Origin: Heterodontus francisci
Taxonomy: Eukaryota
Direction of reading: 5' to 3'
DNA: 64,000 bases
Assembly (NCBI RefSeq): GCF_036365525.1
Contig: NC_090388.1
Location: 66,520,258 to 66,584,257 of the forward strand
Shown here one piece after another: positions 50,479 to 62,947 of the stretch. The notes under the pieces were generated by a model that was given only the letters and a program-made list of their open reading frames with translations, was not told the origin of the DNA and did not search any database. Within the stretch, counting starts at the first letter, position 1, and each line of letters starts with the position of its first letter. Made by a program: the position numbers and the translations under genes.

Positions 50479-50827
50479 GCGGCACAGTGGCGCAGTGGTT
50501 AGCACCGCAGCCTCACAGCTCCAGCGACCCGGGTTCAATTCCGGGTACTGCCTGTGTGGAGTTTGCAAGTTCTCCCTGTGTCTGCGTGGGTTTCCTCCGG
50601 GTGCTCCGGTTTCCTCCCACATGCCAAAGACTTGCAGGTTGATAGGTAAATTGGCCATTAGAAATTGCCCCTAGTATAGGTAGGTGGTAGGGAAATATAT
50701 AGGGATAGGTGGGGATGTGATAGGAATATGGGATTAGTGTAGGATTAGTGTAAAACGGGTGGTTGATGGTCGGCACAGACTCGGTGGGCCGAAGGGCCTG
50801 TTTTAGTGCTGTATCTCTAAAAAAAAA
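50479..50827 (+). mobile_element. HE1-type V-SINE, full length
   Basis: tRNA A/B boxes (GTGGCGCAGTGG, GGTTCAATTCC), V-domain TGTGTGGAGTTTGCA.GTTCTCCC..GTCTGCGTGGGTTTCCTCCGGGTGCTCCGGTTTCCTCCCAC, CR1-type tail GGCCGAAGGGCCTG. Confidence 0.92.
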
Positions 50828-50933
50828 GCTGGGGTTGTTCTCCTTAGAGCAGAGAACGCTAGGTAGAGATTTGTTAGAGGTGTATAAAATCATGAATGGC
50901 TTCAATAAAGTAAATAAGGAGAAACTGTTTCCA

Positions 50934-51112
50934 TACATACAAACATGTGAATTAGGAACAGAAGTAGGCCATTTGACCCATTGAGACTGCTCTGCCATTC
51001 AAAAAGATCATGGCTGATCTGTTTGCGTTTCAAATTTCACACTCCCATCTACCCCCGATAACTCTCGATTCCCTTGCCTAACCAGAATCTATCTACCTCC
51101 ACCTGAAAAATA
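50934..51112 (-). mobile_element. Short CR1 3' tail inserted antisense in the host CR1
   Basis: Reverse-complement CR1 tail flanked by TTCCA at 50929-50933 and 51113-51117. Confidence 0.7.
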
Positions 51113-52199
51113 TTCCAGTGGCAGAAAGGTCACTAATTAGAGGACACCGATTTAAGGTGATTGGCAAAAGAACCAAAGGTAACATGTCACACAGAGAGTT
51201 GTTGTGACTGGGAATGCACTGCCTGAAAAGATAGTAGAAGCTGTTACTATTGAACCTTTCAAAAGAGAATTGGATAAATACTTGAAGAGAATTAAAATTA
51301 CAGTCCAATGGGGAAAGAGCAGGGGAGTGGCATTATTTGGAGAGCTCTACTAAAGAGTTAGCACAGTCATGATGGGCCAAATGGCCTATCTCTGTGTTAT
51401 AACATTCTATGATTCATTCATAGGTAATTCACATCCTGTCTCGCCATTGCCCAGGGAATGAAACCTTTTTCTTTCCTACATCGACCGGGAGTTTGTTCAG
51501 TACATAATGAGAAAATTAACTGTCAGCAATACAAGTAAACTTAAAAGATCCACTGGGAACATTTCTATTCACATCCGCTCAGTTTAATCTGGATTGTTAT
51601 GCTGCCTCAAACCTGATTCTGTTCTTCTCATTTTCCTTCCAGTACATTTGATACAAATCCATAGGAATTGATGGTAAGCTTGTTAAAAAAAAATCTTTTC
51701 AGGAGCAGAGTGCCAGTTACATTTTCTGTAGATTATTTTCAAGACATAAAACATTATTCAGGAGTAAGTGAGCGTCAATGTTAGTCATGCGCAGCATTTA
51801 GCAATATGTATTAATATTAATTAGCTATAGGAGGATTGTAAAATGTAGACATTGTATGGAAACCCATCCATGTCAGGTCTCAGCAACATTCAAATTGGCA
51901 TTACCTTTTCAAGGACTTGGAATTTGCGTACTTTTATATAACTAGTAGTTTTCAAGGATTCAGAAGAGATGGTAGAGGTTTGAGAGAGATGTGGTAAGAA
52001 TGGAACAAGTCAATAATGTTAAAAGTGTTCCACGAGCCAGGCAAAAAATCATGACTTGATTTGGGTTATGGACACATTTAATGTATTACAGACACTATTA
52101 TTCATGAATTTTAATATTCTCAATCATCTTGGACAGCAAAGGAATCCTGGATTTTTTTCTCGGCAGCCAATCATCTCTTTATACTAATAGTGTGAGCAA

Positions 52200-52880
52200 C
52201 TCAAAGATTTATTTGTCACCAAGATAAAGGTTGACAGGACAATCCCTTCCCTTAGCCACATCTCAGGATGAACCAGACATTTCACAACCTCGACATTCTA
52301 CAGTATTCAACTCCAAGCTAAACGTCCAACCCCATACGTCACAAAGACCGCCTGTTTCCATCTCCATTACACTGTCTGCTTCAACTCCTCTTCAGCCTGT
52401 CTGACAATGAATCCCACATCCATACCGTTGTCACCTCCAGTATTCCAAAGGTTTCCCTCAATCCTAGGTAAACCTAATCTCATATAAAACTGCTGCCCAT
52501 ATTCTATGCTGCAACATCATTTCCTCACTGCCCTATACTAGCTCCCTACTTCTCAATGTCTTAAATTTAAAATCCTGATCCTCGTGTTCATTTTTTTCTA
52601 TGGTCTGGTCCTTCCTTGTCTCTATAACCTCTGCCAAAGGTACAATGTTTGGCCCTAAGCTCTCCATTCCTCTAACTCTGGCCTCTTGTACACTCCATCT
52701 GCCCCAAAACTGGCAGCAGTGCGTTCATCCACCAAGACCCCACAATCTGGAAATCCCTCTGCCTCTTCTCATCTTTCTCCACCTATCAGATCCTCATTAA
52801 ACCCCAACTCTTCAACCAAGCTTTTCATTACACCTCTGAATATCTCCTCCTTTGATTTGGCGGTCCATGTTTTCTCCTTA
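52200..52880 (+). mobile_element. Old L2 3' fragment
   Basis: Weak colinearity with the other L2 copies (TTTAAAATCCTGATCCTCGTGTTCA, TTCAACCAAGCTTTT). Confidence 0.55.
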
Positions 52881-53254
52881 TGAATTTTAATAAACCACAG
52901 CTCAAATTTGAAGTCATGAATCGTGAGCAGTCATATCACATCAATGGCAATTCAACCGTGATTCCAGCCAGGTCTGCCAAGATCCATCAAATTATATTCT
53001 GTTCTAAGTACAGGACATTTTATAGGTGAAACCCCCTTGGAATGTTTTTTCTAAATGCTAAATAAATGCAAGATGCTGTTATTGACTTTTAATGTATTAG
53101 TAGGCTTTCCGCTCTGCTAAACCACCCCTCCATGCTCTGCTCCAGAGTTTGATGTTGAGTCAACTGCATATTTCCTGGACTCTACACTGCAGCTTCCATC
53201 AGCCTCCGATTGGATCAGGCCTGTCTAACCCATCACGTTCACCACAATGCTATT

Positions 53255-53685
53255 AGGATTCCAAAGCTTAGATTATGAGGACAGATTACATAAATTAATC
53301 TTGTATTCCTCGGAATATAGAAGGTTAAGGGGTGATTTGATTGAGGCTTTCAGAATTTTGAAAGGAATTGATAGGGAAATAAAGAGAAACCATTTCCACA
53401 GGTGAGGGAATCTAGGACATAACCTTAAAATCAGATCCAGGCCATTCAGGAGAGAGTCAGGAAGCACTTCTTCATGACTGGGTGGGAGAAGGTGAAACTC
53501 CCACAAAAGCAGTAGATGCTAGCTCAAATAATAATCTAAAATTTGGGATTGATCGATTTTTGCTGGACATGGGTATGAAAGGATATGGAGTCAGGGTAGG
53601 TGGATGGAGTTAAGACACAGATCAGCCATGAGCTCACTGAATGGCGAAACAGGTCAAGGCAAATGGCCTACTCCTATTCCTATAA
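53255..53685 (+). mobile_element. CR1 3' fragment
   Basis: YEDRL..L.LYS.EYRRLRGDLIE-type remnant and tail ATGGCCTACTCCTATTCCTAT. Confidence 0.8.
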
Positions 53686-53874
53686 ATGAACCACATTGAT
53701 CTCTGCCTGCCTGATATTAATTAATTAATTAAAGTCGTTAACTTTCCAGACAGTGATACCTCAGCAACTTTCCCCATGATTCTCAAATGATTTCCCCACA
53801 GTTTGTCATCTTTCTCATCATAATCAAACTCATCACTTTGCTCTTTTCCTGGGCTAGTTCTAGGACTGTCTCAT

Positions 53875-54752
53875 TAGAAATGAGACATTAAAGCAAGGCC
53901 CCATCTGCCCTCTCAGGTGGAAGTAAAAGATTCCACAGTATAATTTGACAAGGAGGAGAGGTTCTCCTGGCCAATATTGAACCCTCAACCAAATCTCTAA
54001 ACCAGATTGTACATGTTTCTGAGTGCGCCACCTCACCCTTCAAGACTTTGTTTCTGGATGCCACCTGACCCTGCACTATTTCAGTGTGTTGCTTTTATTT
54101 TTGGTCCGTTTATTATTATATGTGTGGCAACATATAAAGTCCTGCAAAGGTTTGGAGAACATGGAGCCAACAGGACTTTCAGGTCGCAACAAAGTCACGA
54201 ACACACTTGGGGTAAAAGCCGCCAAGGCTCTCCTTTTTTTGGCCACCGGTTGCAGGGCTGTGTCTGAGAAGCTGGGGCACATAGCCTCTCCATTACAGAG
54301 AGGTTGGCACCAGGTTAAACTTTTCATTCTTACAACAAAACAGTAACTGACAACACCAAGTATACATACACACCATGTGTGTGTCCTTCAGGGAAGGAAA
54401 TCTGCTGTCCTTACCTGGTCTGGCCTACATGTGATGCCAGACCCACTGCAATGTGGTTGACTCTTAACTGCCCTCTGAAATGGTCCAGCAAGTCACTCAG
54501 TTCAAGGACAATTAGGGATGGGCAATAAATGCTGGCCTAGACAGCGATGCCCACATCCCATGAACGAATAGAAAAAAAATTATACAGTCATTTATCTCAT
54601 TATGATTTGTGGGATCTTACTGTGCACAAATTGGCTGCCATGCTTCCTACATTACAAAAGTGATGACACTTCAAAAAGTACATCATTGGTTGCAAAGTGC
54701 TTTGGGTAGTCCTGAGATTGTGAAAGGTGCCATATAAATATAAATCCTTTCT
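53875..54752 (+). mobile_element. SacSINE1-like element interrupted by a composite insertion (54014-54578)
   Basis: Deu-like domain 53875-54013; SINE resumes at 54579 to the ATATAAAT tail. Confidence 0.72.
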
Positions 54753-54821
54753 AAATTGTGCTCGTTTTCTGATGAAAGTCCATAGTCGTCACACTCAAAT
54801 CACCCAAATTAACAAACCCAC

Positions 54822-54952
54822 CTTGATTCTATGGAATCGGACCACATCTCCTACTTTGTAGATTTTAGGAAGTAGATCAACATTCCCACTGAAAAGCACA
54901 CAATTGAGTCTTCCATTAGAAGGATCCACTATGGTCACCGTGGAACAGAAAT
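54822..54952 (-). CDS. POT1: POT1 internal coding exon, OB1 fold (equivalent to human residues D42-K85)
   Basis: Minus strand ttttgcag|AT...AAG|gtgggt, 131 nt, phase 1 to phase 0. Translates (D)[43 protein letters not shown], colinear without gaps with human [44 protein letters not shown] (recalled). Not in the ORF track. Confidence 0.96.
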
Positions 54953-55039
54953 CTGCAAAAGTGCAACAACATTCAGTTTAAAGGTTGTTGAACAGAAATA
55001 CATAGAATTTCTTTATATCACATTAATAAGTGTGTAAGT

Positions 55040-55350
55040 CTACACAAGATAAACTGTTTCCTCTGGTGGAGGAGAACATGATAACCTTAAAATGAGAAAT
55101 AGTTGTTCAGAGATGATATCAGGAACCACATTTTCCACACAAAGGAAAGTGGAAATCTGGAACTCTCTTCCCCCACAAAGCTGTTGAGGCTGGGTGAATT
55201 GAAAATGTCAAAACTCAGGTGGGTAGATTTTTGTTCGGCATGGATATTAAGGGTTACAGAACCAAGCTGGGTGATGGAGTTAAGGTACTGATCAGGCTTG
55301 ATCTAATTGAATAGAACAAATTCGAGGGGCTGAATCGCCTCCTCCTGTTG
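55040..55350 (+). mobile_element. CR1 3' fragment
   Basis: AAACTGTTTCCTCTGGTGG...GAGGGGCTGAATCGCCTCCTCCTGTT. Confidence 0.7.
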
Positions 55351-58199
55351 CATGACCCAAAGACAATCACAATAAGTTGGACATTTCAGCTCTCATAGAA
55401 GCAAGAAGTCCAAATGAATATATATGTAGACTCTGACCGAGTGGAAAGGGACTAATGCAGCTAACAAATTGATGAAGTTCCTCCCTGCTACCCCCCACCT
55501 CATATGCTTAAAAAGATGAGATAAGTCAGGTCGAACATTTTCTTTTACACAAAGGGTAACAAAGTAGGTTATCAGGGAAGACCATACTTTAGTCAGGTTC
55601 AAAAGGTAAATAGATGTGCTACCAGAGAAAGTGACGGAGGGATGTGCTCAGAAGGTTGGTACGGAGGCTAATATCAATCATGAGAGAGATAGTTTCGTTT
55701 TGCCAAATGGCTCTCTTTCTGAGCCTGAAAACTCAACTAACTGAGTTACTCCACATTCCACTCAACTCTTCAGTCTGTCCATTTTCAATTTTCTTTCATG
55801 CTATGTGCTGGAATGAAATCTGAAACACGACACTTTACTTGAAACTTGACAGCTGCCTCATTGCGTCTCAACAGCAGGCTAATCGCAATACACATCATGC
55901 AGTGCCCCCAACCCCCCACCCCCAAGTCTCAATCCAAACACCAGATTATTTCGTGCTTGTAACTTGAATGCCTGCTTTTATTGAAAAGTCCATGGAAATT
56001 ATGAGAGCTCTGTATGACAGTTTCTATGTTTTGTTTTATAAACTAATTAGTTAACCTGCTTGTGCCTGTCTGTTGCACGAATCTCTGGTGGCTACATCTC
56101 ATTAAAATGTTAAAACTTGGGACTGTTTGTTGGAGGTGACTTTTCCTTTACAAATGCCAATTACCAAAATGGTTCCATTCCTACTCTAATATTCAGATCG
56201 CAAAATGAAAAGTGCTGTTAAATGTACAATCCCGTATGCTGGCCTGCCACCGTGCTAATAAACACATGTATCAAAATATTTAAAAATTTCCAGTTTGAAA
56301 GTCACAGGCTCAAAGTTAAAATGATACTTCCATTTTAAAATACATTTTCTTAAGCAGCACCCTGAATTGTAAACACACTAAGTTTTTGTGCAGCCATTGG
56401 TAACTGCTGTGTACTCTGTCCTTATGGGAATAATGTGCTGGTAAGATCTTGAGAATTTTAGTTTCTTAAAGACTCTGAAGTTTACATTTCTAGTCATAAG
56501 GTCACACATCACTCAGAGATACATATATTTTACATATCGTGTCCTGCTGCATGCAGATTCACAATGTACTCATATATGTTATAGTTATAAGAATCATGTT
56601 CACATCACATTCACCAAGATATTGGCGGGTGAGTATATTTAGGTAGCACTATGCATCAGAAGCACTGAGATTGCTTCTTGTTAAGTGGCTGCAGGCCAAC
56701 CAGGAGGGAGGCAGGGTTGGGGCATGCCAATTACTGACCAATAATGGCAGAGAGGAAATAGCATTTTTATGGTGCATTGTAAGGGATTGGTAGTTCTTTG
56801 TCTCTCTGGGATGGAAGGGTACGTGCGGGTGATATACAGGAATATATTTTGGCTTGAGCTTTCATTTGGATTGATGCACATTCCACATGTTTAACCCACG
56901 TCAGTTCATATGTATCTTTTTACCGTGAATTGTTAGAACTGGCTGAAGTTGCATATTGTAGGTAGCTCCCCTCCCCGGGCAGCAGGCTAAGAACAAACTG
57001 GCAAGGTCTAAGGGGATGATGGGACAGCTGGAGACTCTAAGTGGCTTGGTTCTTATATTACTAGTTTTACTGAACATTACCACTGAAGGTTTGAATTCCA
57101 CAGACATCGGCTATTCTCTTTTCTCTTCTTCGACTCATTTTATAGATTTCACCCTATCCTCAGCCTTTTGGTTCACTCTTTCCTAGATTAAATAATTTGG
57201 CAGGAGAATTGCTCCGAGGTCTCTCCCAGTGTAACTCCCTAACTAATCACTTGACTCATCCTCCCACCAGGGAATCACCTTGCACCACTCACACTGTCAC
57301 CTCTCTTCATGTATGTGGATTGTCAATGGTGTGAACCTGCATTGTCAATACTATAACACAATGGCAAACCAATGAATGATATCAACAGTCTAACCTACAG
57401 ACTGTGCACTATAAGCACTGCCCTAAGTAAAATGTTGTTCTTTATTCATACAGATAGGTTATGAAGATTCCTTAGTCCACACTAAACTTCAGATATCAAC
57501 AAAGATACTTGAGAGAGTAACAGTGTTATCAACAAGAATGAGAGAATATTCTCATAGAGTTTACAAACTAGTACAAGTTTGTAACTTCCACAATGTATAT
57601 TTCATAAGCGTATTGTACTTGCTCCCAATAGACCAATGAAACCTGGTCCCAGAATAAATTAATTTCCACTTTGTGAAGAGGAACAGCAGGAAGTCATTGG
57701 ATTAACCTTTTGAATTTTAATGCCTAGGGTTTTTGTGTCTACTTCTAAATGACAGCTTAACATAATAGTGCCTATCCTCCTGCGTTAACTGCTTACTGCT
57801 TGACAAATGTATCCCCATCTCATCAGACATTAGAACTCATGGGATCAATTACATACGTAACGTCATATATTAAACAACACCTTTATTTTTAAATTAAACA
57901 TCAGTATTTCTTAGCTCTTGTAATAAAGTTCAATTTTAATTTGCTCCCATTACTCTTTTCAGTACTGGACACTAAGTATAATATTTGAGAAATTTTGTGA
58001 GGTGAGGGTCCTAATACAAAGCCTTGCCAGCAGTAGCTGAAGTGGATGTTACAGTCGTGTGTCTAATTTTCCAATGTACATTTGCAACGAGCAAGTTTCA
58101 ACACCCAAAATAACTATGGGTTTGCCTAAGTACACGCATAATGACTCAAAGTAATTTCGTGGTATTGACCTCCGTAATATTTCATTGCATCCTGAAGGC

Positions 58200-58450
58200 T
58201 GGCTCTATCACTTTATGATGAACTTGCCTGCTCTTTGAAACAGTGCCATGCAATCTTCTATATCCACCAGAGAGGGCAGACAAGGCCCTGTTTAACATCT
58301 CATCCAGAAGATCACACCTCTGACGGAGGAGTCCTCCCTCGATACTGCACTGATGTGTCAGTCTCGATTATATGCTTAAATTTCTGGAGTGGGACTTGAA
58401 CAAGCATCTGACTTAGAGGTGAGAGAGTACTAGCATAGCCCCACGGATGA
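58200..58450 (-). mobile_element. SacSINE1-like fragment
   Basis: Reverse complement of head and Deu domain (TTTAACATCTCATCC; GGAGTGGGACTTGAAC). Confidence 0.7.
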
Positions 58451-58756
58451 CATAAAGCTCAACATCTCATGTGTGACCCTTCCTCAGAAATCTTGATGAA
58501 AGGTCCCACACAGAACATAAACTTTCCTCTTTCACATGATGACTAACTGAACTGTATATTTCCAGCATTTTCTGTTTCTAAGATCTTTAATGGGTTTTCT
58601 TTGTGCCACTGTTAAATATTGATTGGATCATAACAGAAGAAATGAGCTGTCACTGTGTAGGTATGGAATCATTTGCTAATGGGTACTCCCTTAGGGAAAA
58701 AAGTGTTTGACAAACACTTGTTCGTTCTTTAATGGTGTGTACTATCTTTAGATATA

Positions 58757-59800
58757 CTAGAAACATAGGAAGAGGAATAAATCATTCAGCTCCTTGAGCG
58801 TGTTCCACCATTCAATGAGATCAAAACCGATCTCACCTGCCTGGTCTCCACAGCCTTTTATACCCTTGTTGAGCAAAAATCTAAAAATCTCAGATTTAAA
58901 ATTAATTGAGTAAGCATCTCCTGCTTTTTGTGGGAGAGTGTTCCACCCTTTGCATGAAGAAGTATTTTCTAACCTCTCTCCTGAATGGCCTGGCTCTGAT
59001 TTTAAGGCTTTAAGGTGGTGTCCCCTTGACCTAGTCATCCCCAGCAACAGAACATGTTTTTCTCTATCCACCCTACCAATTCCTTTCAAAAATCCTAACA
59101 ACCTCAATCCAATCACCCCTTAAGATGCTGTATGCCAGGAACACGTCTAATTTATGTAATCTCTCCCAGTAATTTAACCCTTAGAGCCCTGGTAACATTC
59201 TAGTACATGTGCGCTGCACTCCTTACAAGGCCATTATATCCTCTCTGATGTGCGATGTCCAGAACTATACACAGTAATCCAGATGTGGTCTAATCATGGC
59301 TTTGTATAGCTACTCTAAAACTTCCTTCCCTTTATATTTAGGCCATCCTGTTACAAAGGTCAAAATTTCCCTGGTCTTTTTGATTATTTTTTGCACCTGA
59401 CTACAACAGTTTAATGATCCGTCTTCATGGATCTCCAAATCTCTTCGGAACTCCATTGTTCTATGCTTTTCACCATTTGATACTCAGATCTGTCCTTTTC
59501 CGGTCCAAAATGGATGACCTCACACTTAGCTGTATTGAAATCTATCTGCCACAGTTTTGCCCACTCACTTAATTTATCAATGCCTTTTTGTAATTTCATG
59601 CCATTGTCCACACTATATACTATTCTATGAATCTTTGTGCCATCGGTGAACATGGATATATGGCTCTTTATTGTGTTATCCAAGACATAAAGCAATAGAG
59701 TGAACAGTCAAGGGCCAAGCACAGATCTTGGTGAAACACCACTAGTCACTTCCTTCTAATTCGAGTGCATATTCATTATGCCTTTGTCTTCTACTGCCCA
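58757..59800 (-). mobile_element. CR1 RT/3' region, degenerate
   Basis: F.D.TK, WAKLWQIDFNTAKCEVIHFG; CR1 tail at 58757. Confidence 0.82.
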
Positions 59801-60545
59801 GCTACTGCCATATTACATCTGGTGTCCTGAATGATATATTCTGGCCAAGCACATTTTCATTCAATCAGTATCTTTAAAGATGGAATGCTAGGTATTTCAA
59901 GCTGTACCTGTCAGCCGATTGGGAAGAGGGGAAAAAAAGGTCCCTAGAATGTGAGTTAAATAAAATTCATCAAAATATCCTACTTCAATTTTTTTTTTTA
60001 AATCTTTGCTTAATTAGTTGCACACTATGAGGGCAATCATTTCCTTTTCTGTGCCAGTACTTATCTGCACACTTCAGTAGTAAAAAGAAATGAATTAGAC
60101 TGGCATCATACTGCACAGCGTGTGAAAACCTGCCGATATTGGCCAGCTGCCAAATCATTTCAAAAGCTGTCATTAGACTCATTTCAGACGGAGGTCAGTA
60201 CCTCTATGGTGTAGCTGAAGCTTAATTTTTGGCAATTCAAATATCCATAAAATTGGAGACGCTTCCCGGCTCTTACCCTACAAAGTGCTTATTTCCCACC
60301 CATTACAATTTAACCTTTGGCGTACTATGGATGAATTTACATGCCCGATAGGTTATTGGTGAATCTATTTGGCTGTTGACAGTTCTACCTGTTTTGACAC
60401 AATTTTGACCTGCTCGTGTTGAGTGACACAACCCCGTCAACATTCAGTATCTGGGCTTTACAATTGCTGAACTATCAGGTTTTCAGCCGAAGAAAACCCA
60501 ACTCGCTTGGAAACTGCTCTCATCTTCGAAATGGGCTGTGGAAAG

Positions 60546-61494
60546 TATTATGAGAGTACTTTTTTTGTAAAAAATGTTTTAAGGACTTATAATTGAATTA
60601 TGGACATTGATTCATCTGGAATCTTGAAGAGATGCTGAACATTGTGATTTTTTAAAAGAAGTCACTAGAAGGTTCCTAGATTTGGCTTGTAAACAAGTTT
60701 TACTGGAAGGCACCTGACTGTGGATAATCACCCAGCAGGGGCTGTTTTAGACTAGGGAAGATATTTACAAAGAAGTTACAGGCCAAGATTTATAGATGTC
60801 AGGAGGCCTGACGTCTGGACTGTTTATAGTTTCAATTTGAGCTGCTACAAAAGACAGTTGGTTTTTGCCTGCCAAAGAAGACGACCCAGCTCTCTCTCCC
60901 TCCTGAAATTAAATCCTGCACACTGTGTCAGTTTCCTATTTCCAACTGTATTTGAAGAAACCTTGTGTATCGAATGTGTGGGAACTGAAACCTTGTTGCG
61001 CATTTCTGCTGTAAGACCTATCTGAAGTCTCTGCAGTTACATTTCTTGGAAAGCCTACCCAAACTGATCTTCAGCATTGCCTGGAAGATCCCAGTGACAG
61101 CCGTCTATACGCATTTGGGACCCCAAACCAAAACCAAGGACAAGTATTCTGCCTAAGTGTTTTTTTAAATTTTCTTTGTGACAGTGCTATAAACAAAAAT
61201 CCCTTTTATTTTTCTGGTTAACCGGTGTATGTATGCCTGTGCGCACGAGGGGCTAAGATAAATAAGGGGCTTTAATATTTCAATCTGTGTGTGTATGTTT
61301 TATTTCATTATTGGTTAAGACTTGTTTTATAATAAAATGATAGTTTTGTTGTTCATTAAAGAAACCTGTCTGGTGGGTTTTATTTTGGGAAAAATATATG
61401 ATTGACCGTATAGGTGAGTGGAAAAATTTAAATATATGTTGTGACTTGTGGAGAAGTGGGCCGAGGATAAACTCCTCCCACTTCGGTCGTAACA
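60546..61494. mobile_element. Solo LTR (949 bp), related to 17922-18891
   Basis: TATTATG...CGTAACA termini; 4-bp TSD AAAG at 60542-60545 and 61495-61498; shared blocks AAAGAAACCTG, TGAC.TGTGGAG, ACTCCT..CGGTC.TAACA. Confidence 0.8.
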
Positions 61495-61577
61495 AAAGCG
61501 TAACAGAAAAGAAACAAGCAAATTAAATTGTAGTAAAGACAGATGAGATGAGAAAGTAAAATTACAGTTAAAAACAA

Positions 61578-62148
61578 GGGGTGATTTTAACCCTAATCAA
61601 CCAGTGGAAATTGGGTGGCTGGGCAGTTAAAATCACCTAGGTTATTTACCCACAGAAAAGCGGCTCAGATCTTGCTGACTGCAGTTTCCAGTCAGGCTTC
61701 TGAGTGGTGTGCGGAGCCCATCTTTTAAATATGCAGATTAGGGTGATGTCTTTGGCACCCAACTGCCATTTTAATTTGGTGACCTAGGTGTGAAGCACAA
61801 TTGAATTTCCTGCCAGGCCAACCAAGCGGGGAATTGGACTGGCCCAGAAGAGGCCCAAAAAGGTAAGTTTGTTAAATGTAAAATTTGTACTTTGCTTGGA
61901 ACATGGAGGAGCAGCTCTACTCTTCAGGGCCCAACAAAGAAAGCTTAGACCATCCCCCACCCCTCCTCATTGAATAACTCTGGCAGCTGATCCTTTCCAG
62001 GCCTCAGACAGCAAGCTTCCGGAATAGGTGTGATTTAAATGAGGCTTGGGAGTTAAAATCTCCCAGGCCTCATTCCTGGAGCAGCAGATGTGTTTCCAAC
62101 CCACTGTTACACACACTCTAGAAACCAGACCAGAGTTAAAATTGGGCT
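61578..62148. mobile_element. Possible MITE-like element
   Basis: ATTTTAAC / GTTAAAAT terminal motifs; perfect 12-bp inverted repeat GGTGATTTTAAC at 61580-61591 / 61626-61637; no convincing TSD. Confidence 0.35.
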
Positions 62149-62947
62149 GGAGTTGTAAATGTAGTAACACTCTAACCTCTATGCCAGAAAGTTGTGGGTT
62201 CAATATCCCAACCAGCACTTGAGCTCATAATCCAAGTGTGATGAAGAAGAAGCGGTGAAGCCTGCTCGAGACATGACTAAATTTTGGATAAAACAGATGA
62301 AAATGAACCACCAGTTAAGTGTAAAGTAAATCACCACCATCTTTCTTTTGCATTATGCAACAAGAGACTGTTACAGATCTATGCATCTTGATATCAATGA
62401 ATGTGGAATACACGCAAGGAGTAGGACTTTGCAAGTCTATGGAAATAATGTTTGAATTATTTCTGTTTTCAGCAGTCAATATAGTGGTTTTATTGCTTTG
62501 GATACCTTGAGATGTTTTATGATGTATCCTTAAACAAAACAACATCTGCCTACTAATTTATCTTGGCTCAAATTCAGAGATTTCCCAACTTACCTTGGGA
62601 GCTTTAAAGAAAACAACTCTGAAAACAATGCTACTTTGAATTGTACCAAAGAGATCAATTTTTTCCGAAGGAATTCATACTGTAATGAGATACAGCTCAC
62701 TGCTTTTGTCGAAGTCCATGGAAGATTTTCAAGTTACTAAGGTTATGCTACTCCTCCAATATTACAGCAGAGTTCTTGCTCCAGCCCCTTTAAGTACTTA
62801 CCTCAGGGTAGATAAATTAAATCTCATTCAAATGTCGAAACCTTGAAGTTAATGAAGCGATGGTTAGAAGAAAGCAAAATGGCATGTTACCCAGCCAATT
62901 CCAAAGGCTCTTCTGGCCACTGGCTCAGGTTGAACTGGACTGTTTCA

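Larger units (their letters stand above)
49207..51415 (+). mobile_element. CR1 LINE hosting three nested insertions
   Basis: KAHGIKG..WIQSWL, YINDL..SKFA.DTKL and CR1 tail; interrupted at 49383, 50479 and 50934. Confidence 0.85.

Noticed and set aside
50479-50550. tRNA-like sequence with A and B boxes
   Set aside because: It is the head of an HE1 SINE and runs straight into the V-domain; not a tRNA gene.
61588-61596. TAACCCTAA telomere-like motif within the POT1 gene (isolated TTAGGG also at 30806)
   Set aside because: Single hexamer-scale hits are expected by chance in 64 kb; no array.
62594-62679. Strong minus-strand donor AAG|GTAAGT with a VVFFKAPK-like frame resembling POT1 VVKFFKPP
   Set aside because: That frame begins with a stop, lacks YTPL, VYG and SKGT, and has the wrong phase; likely coincidence.
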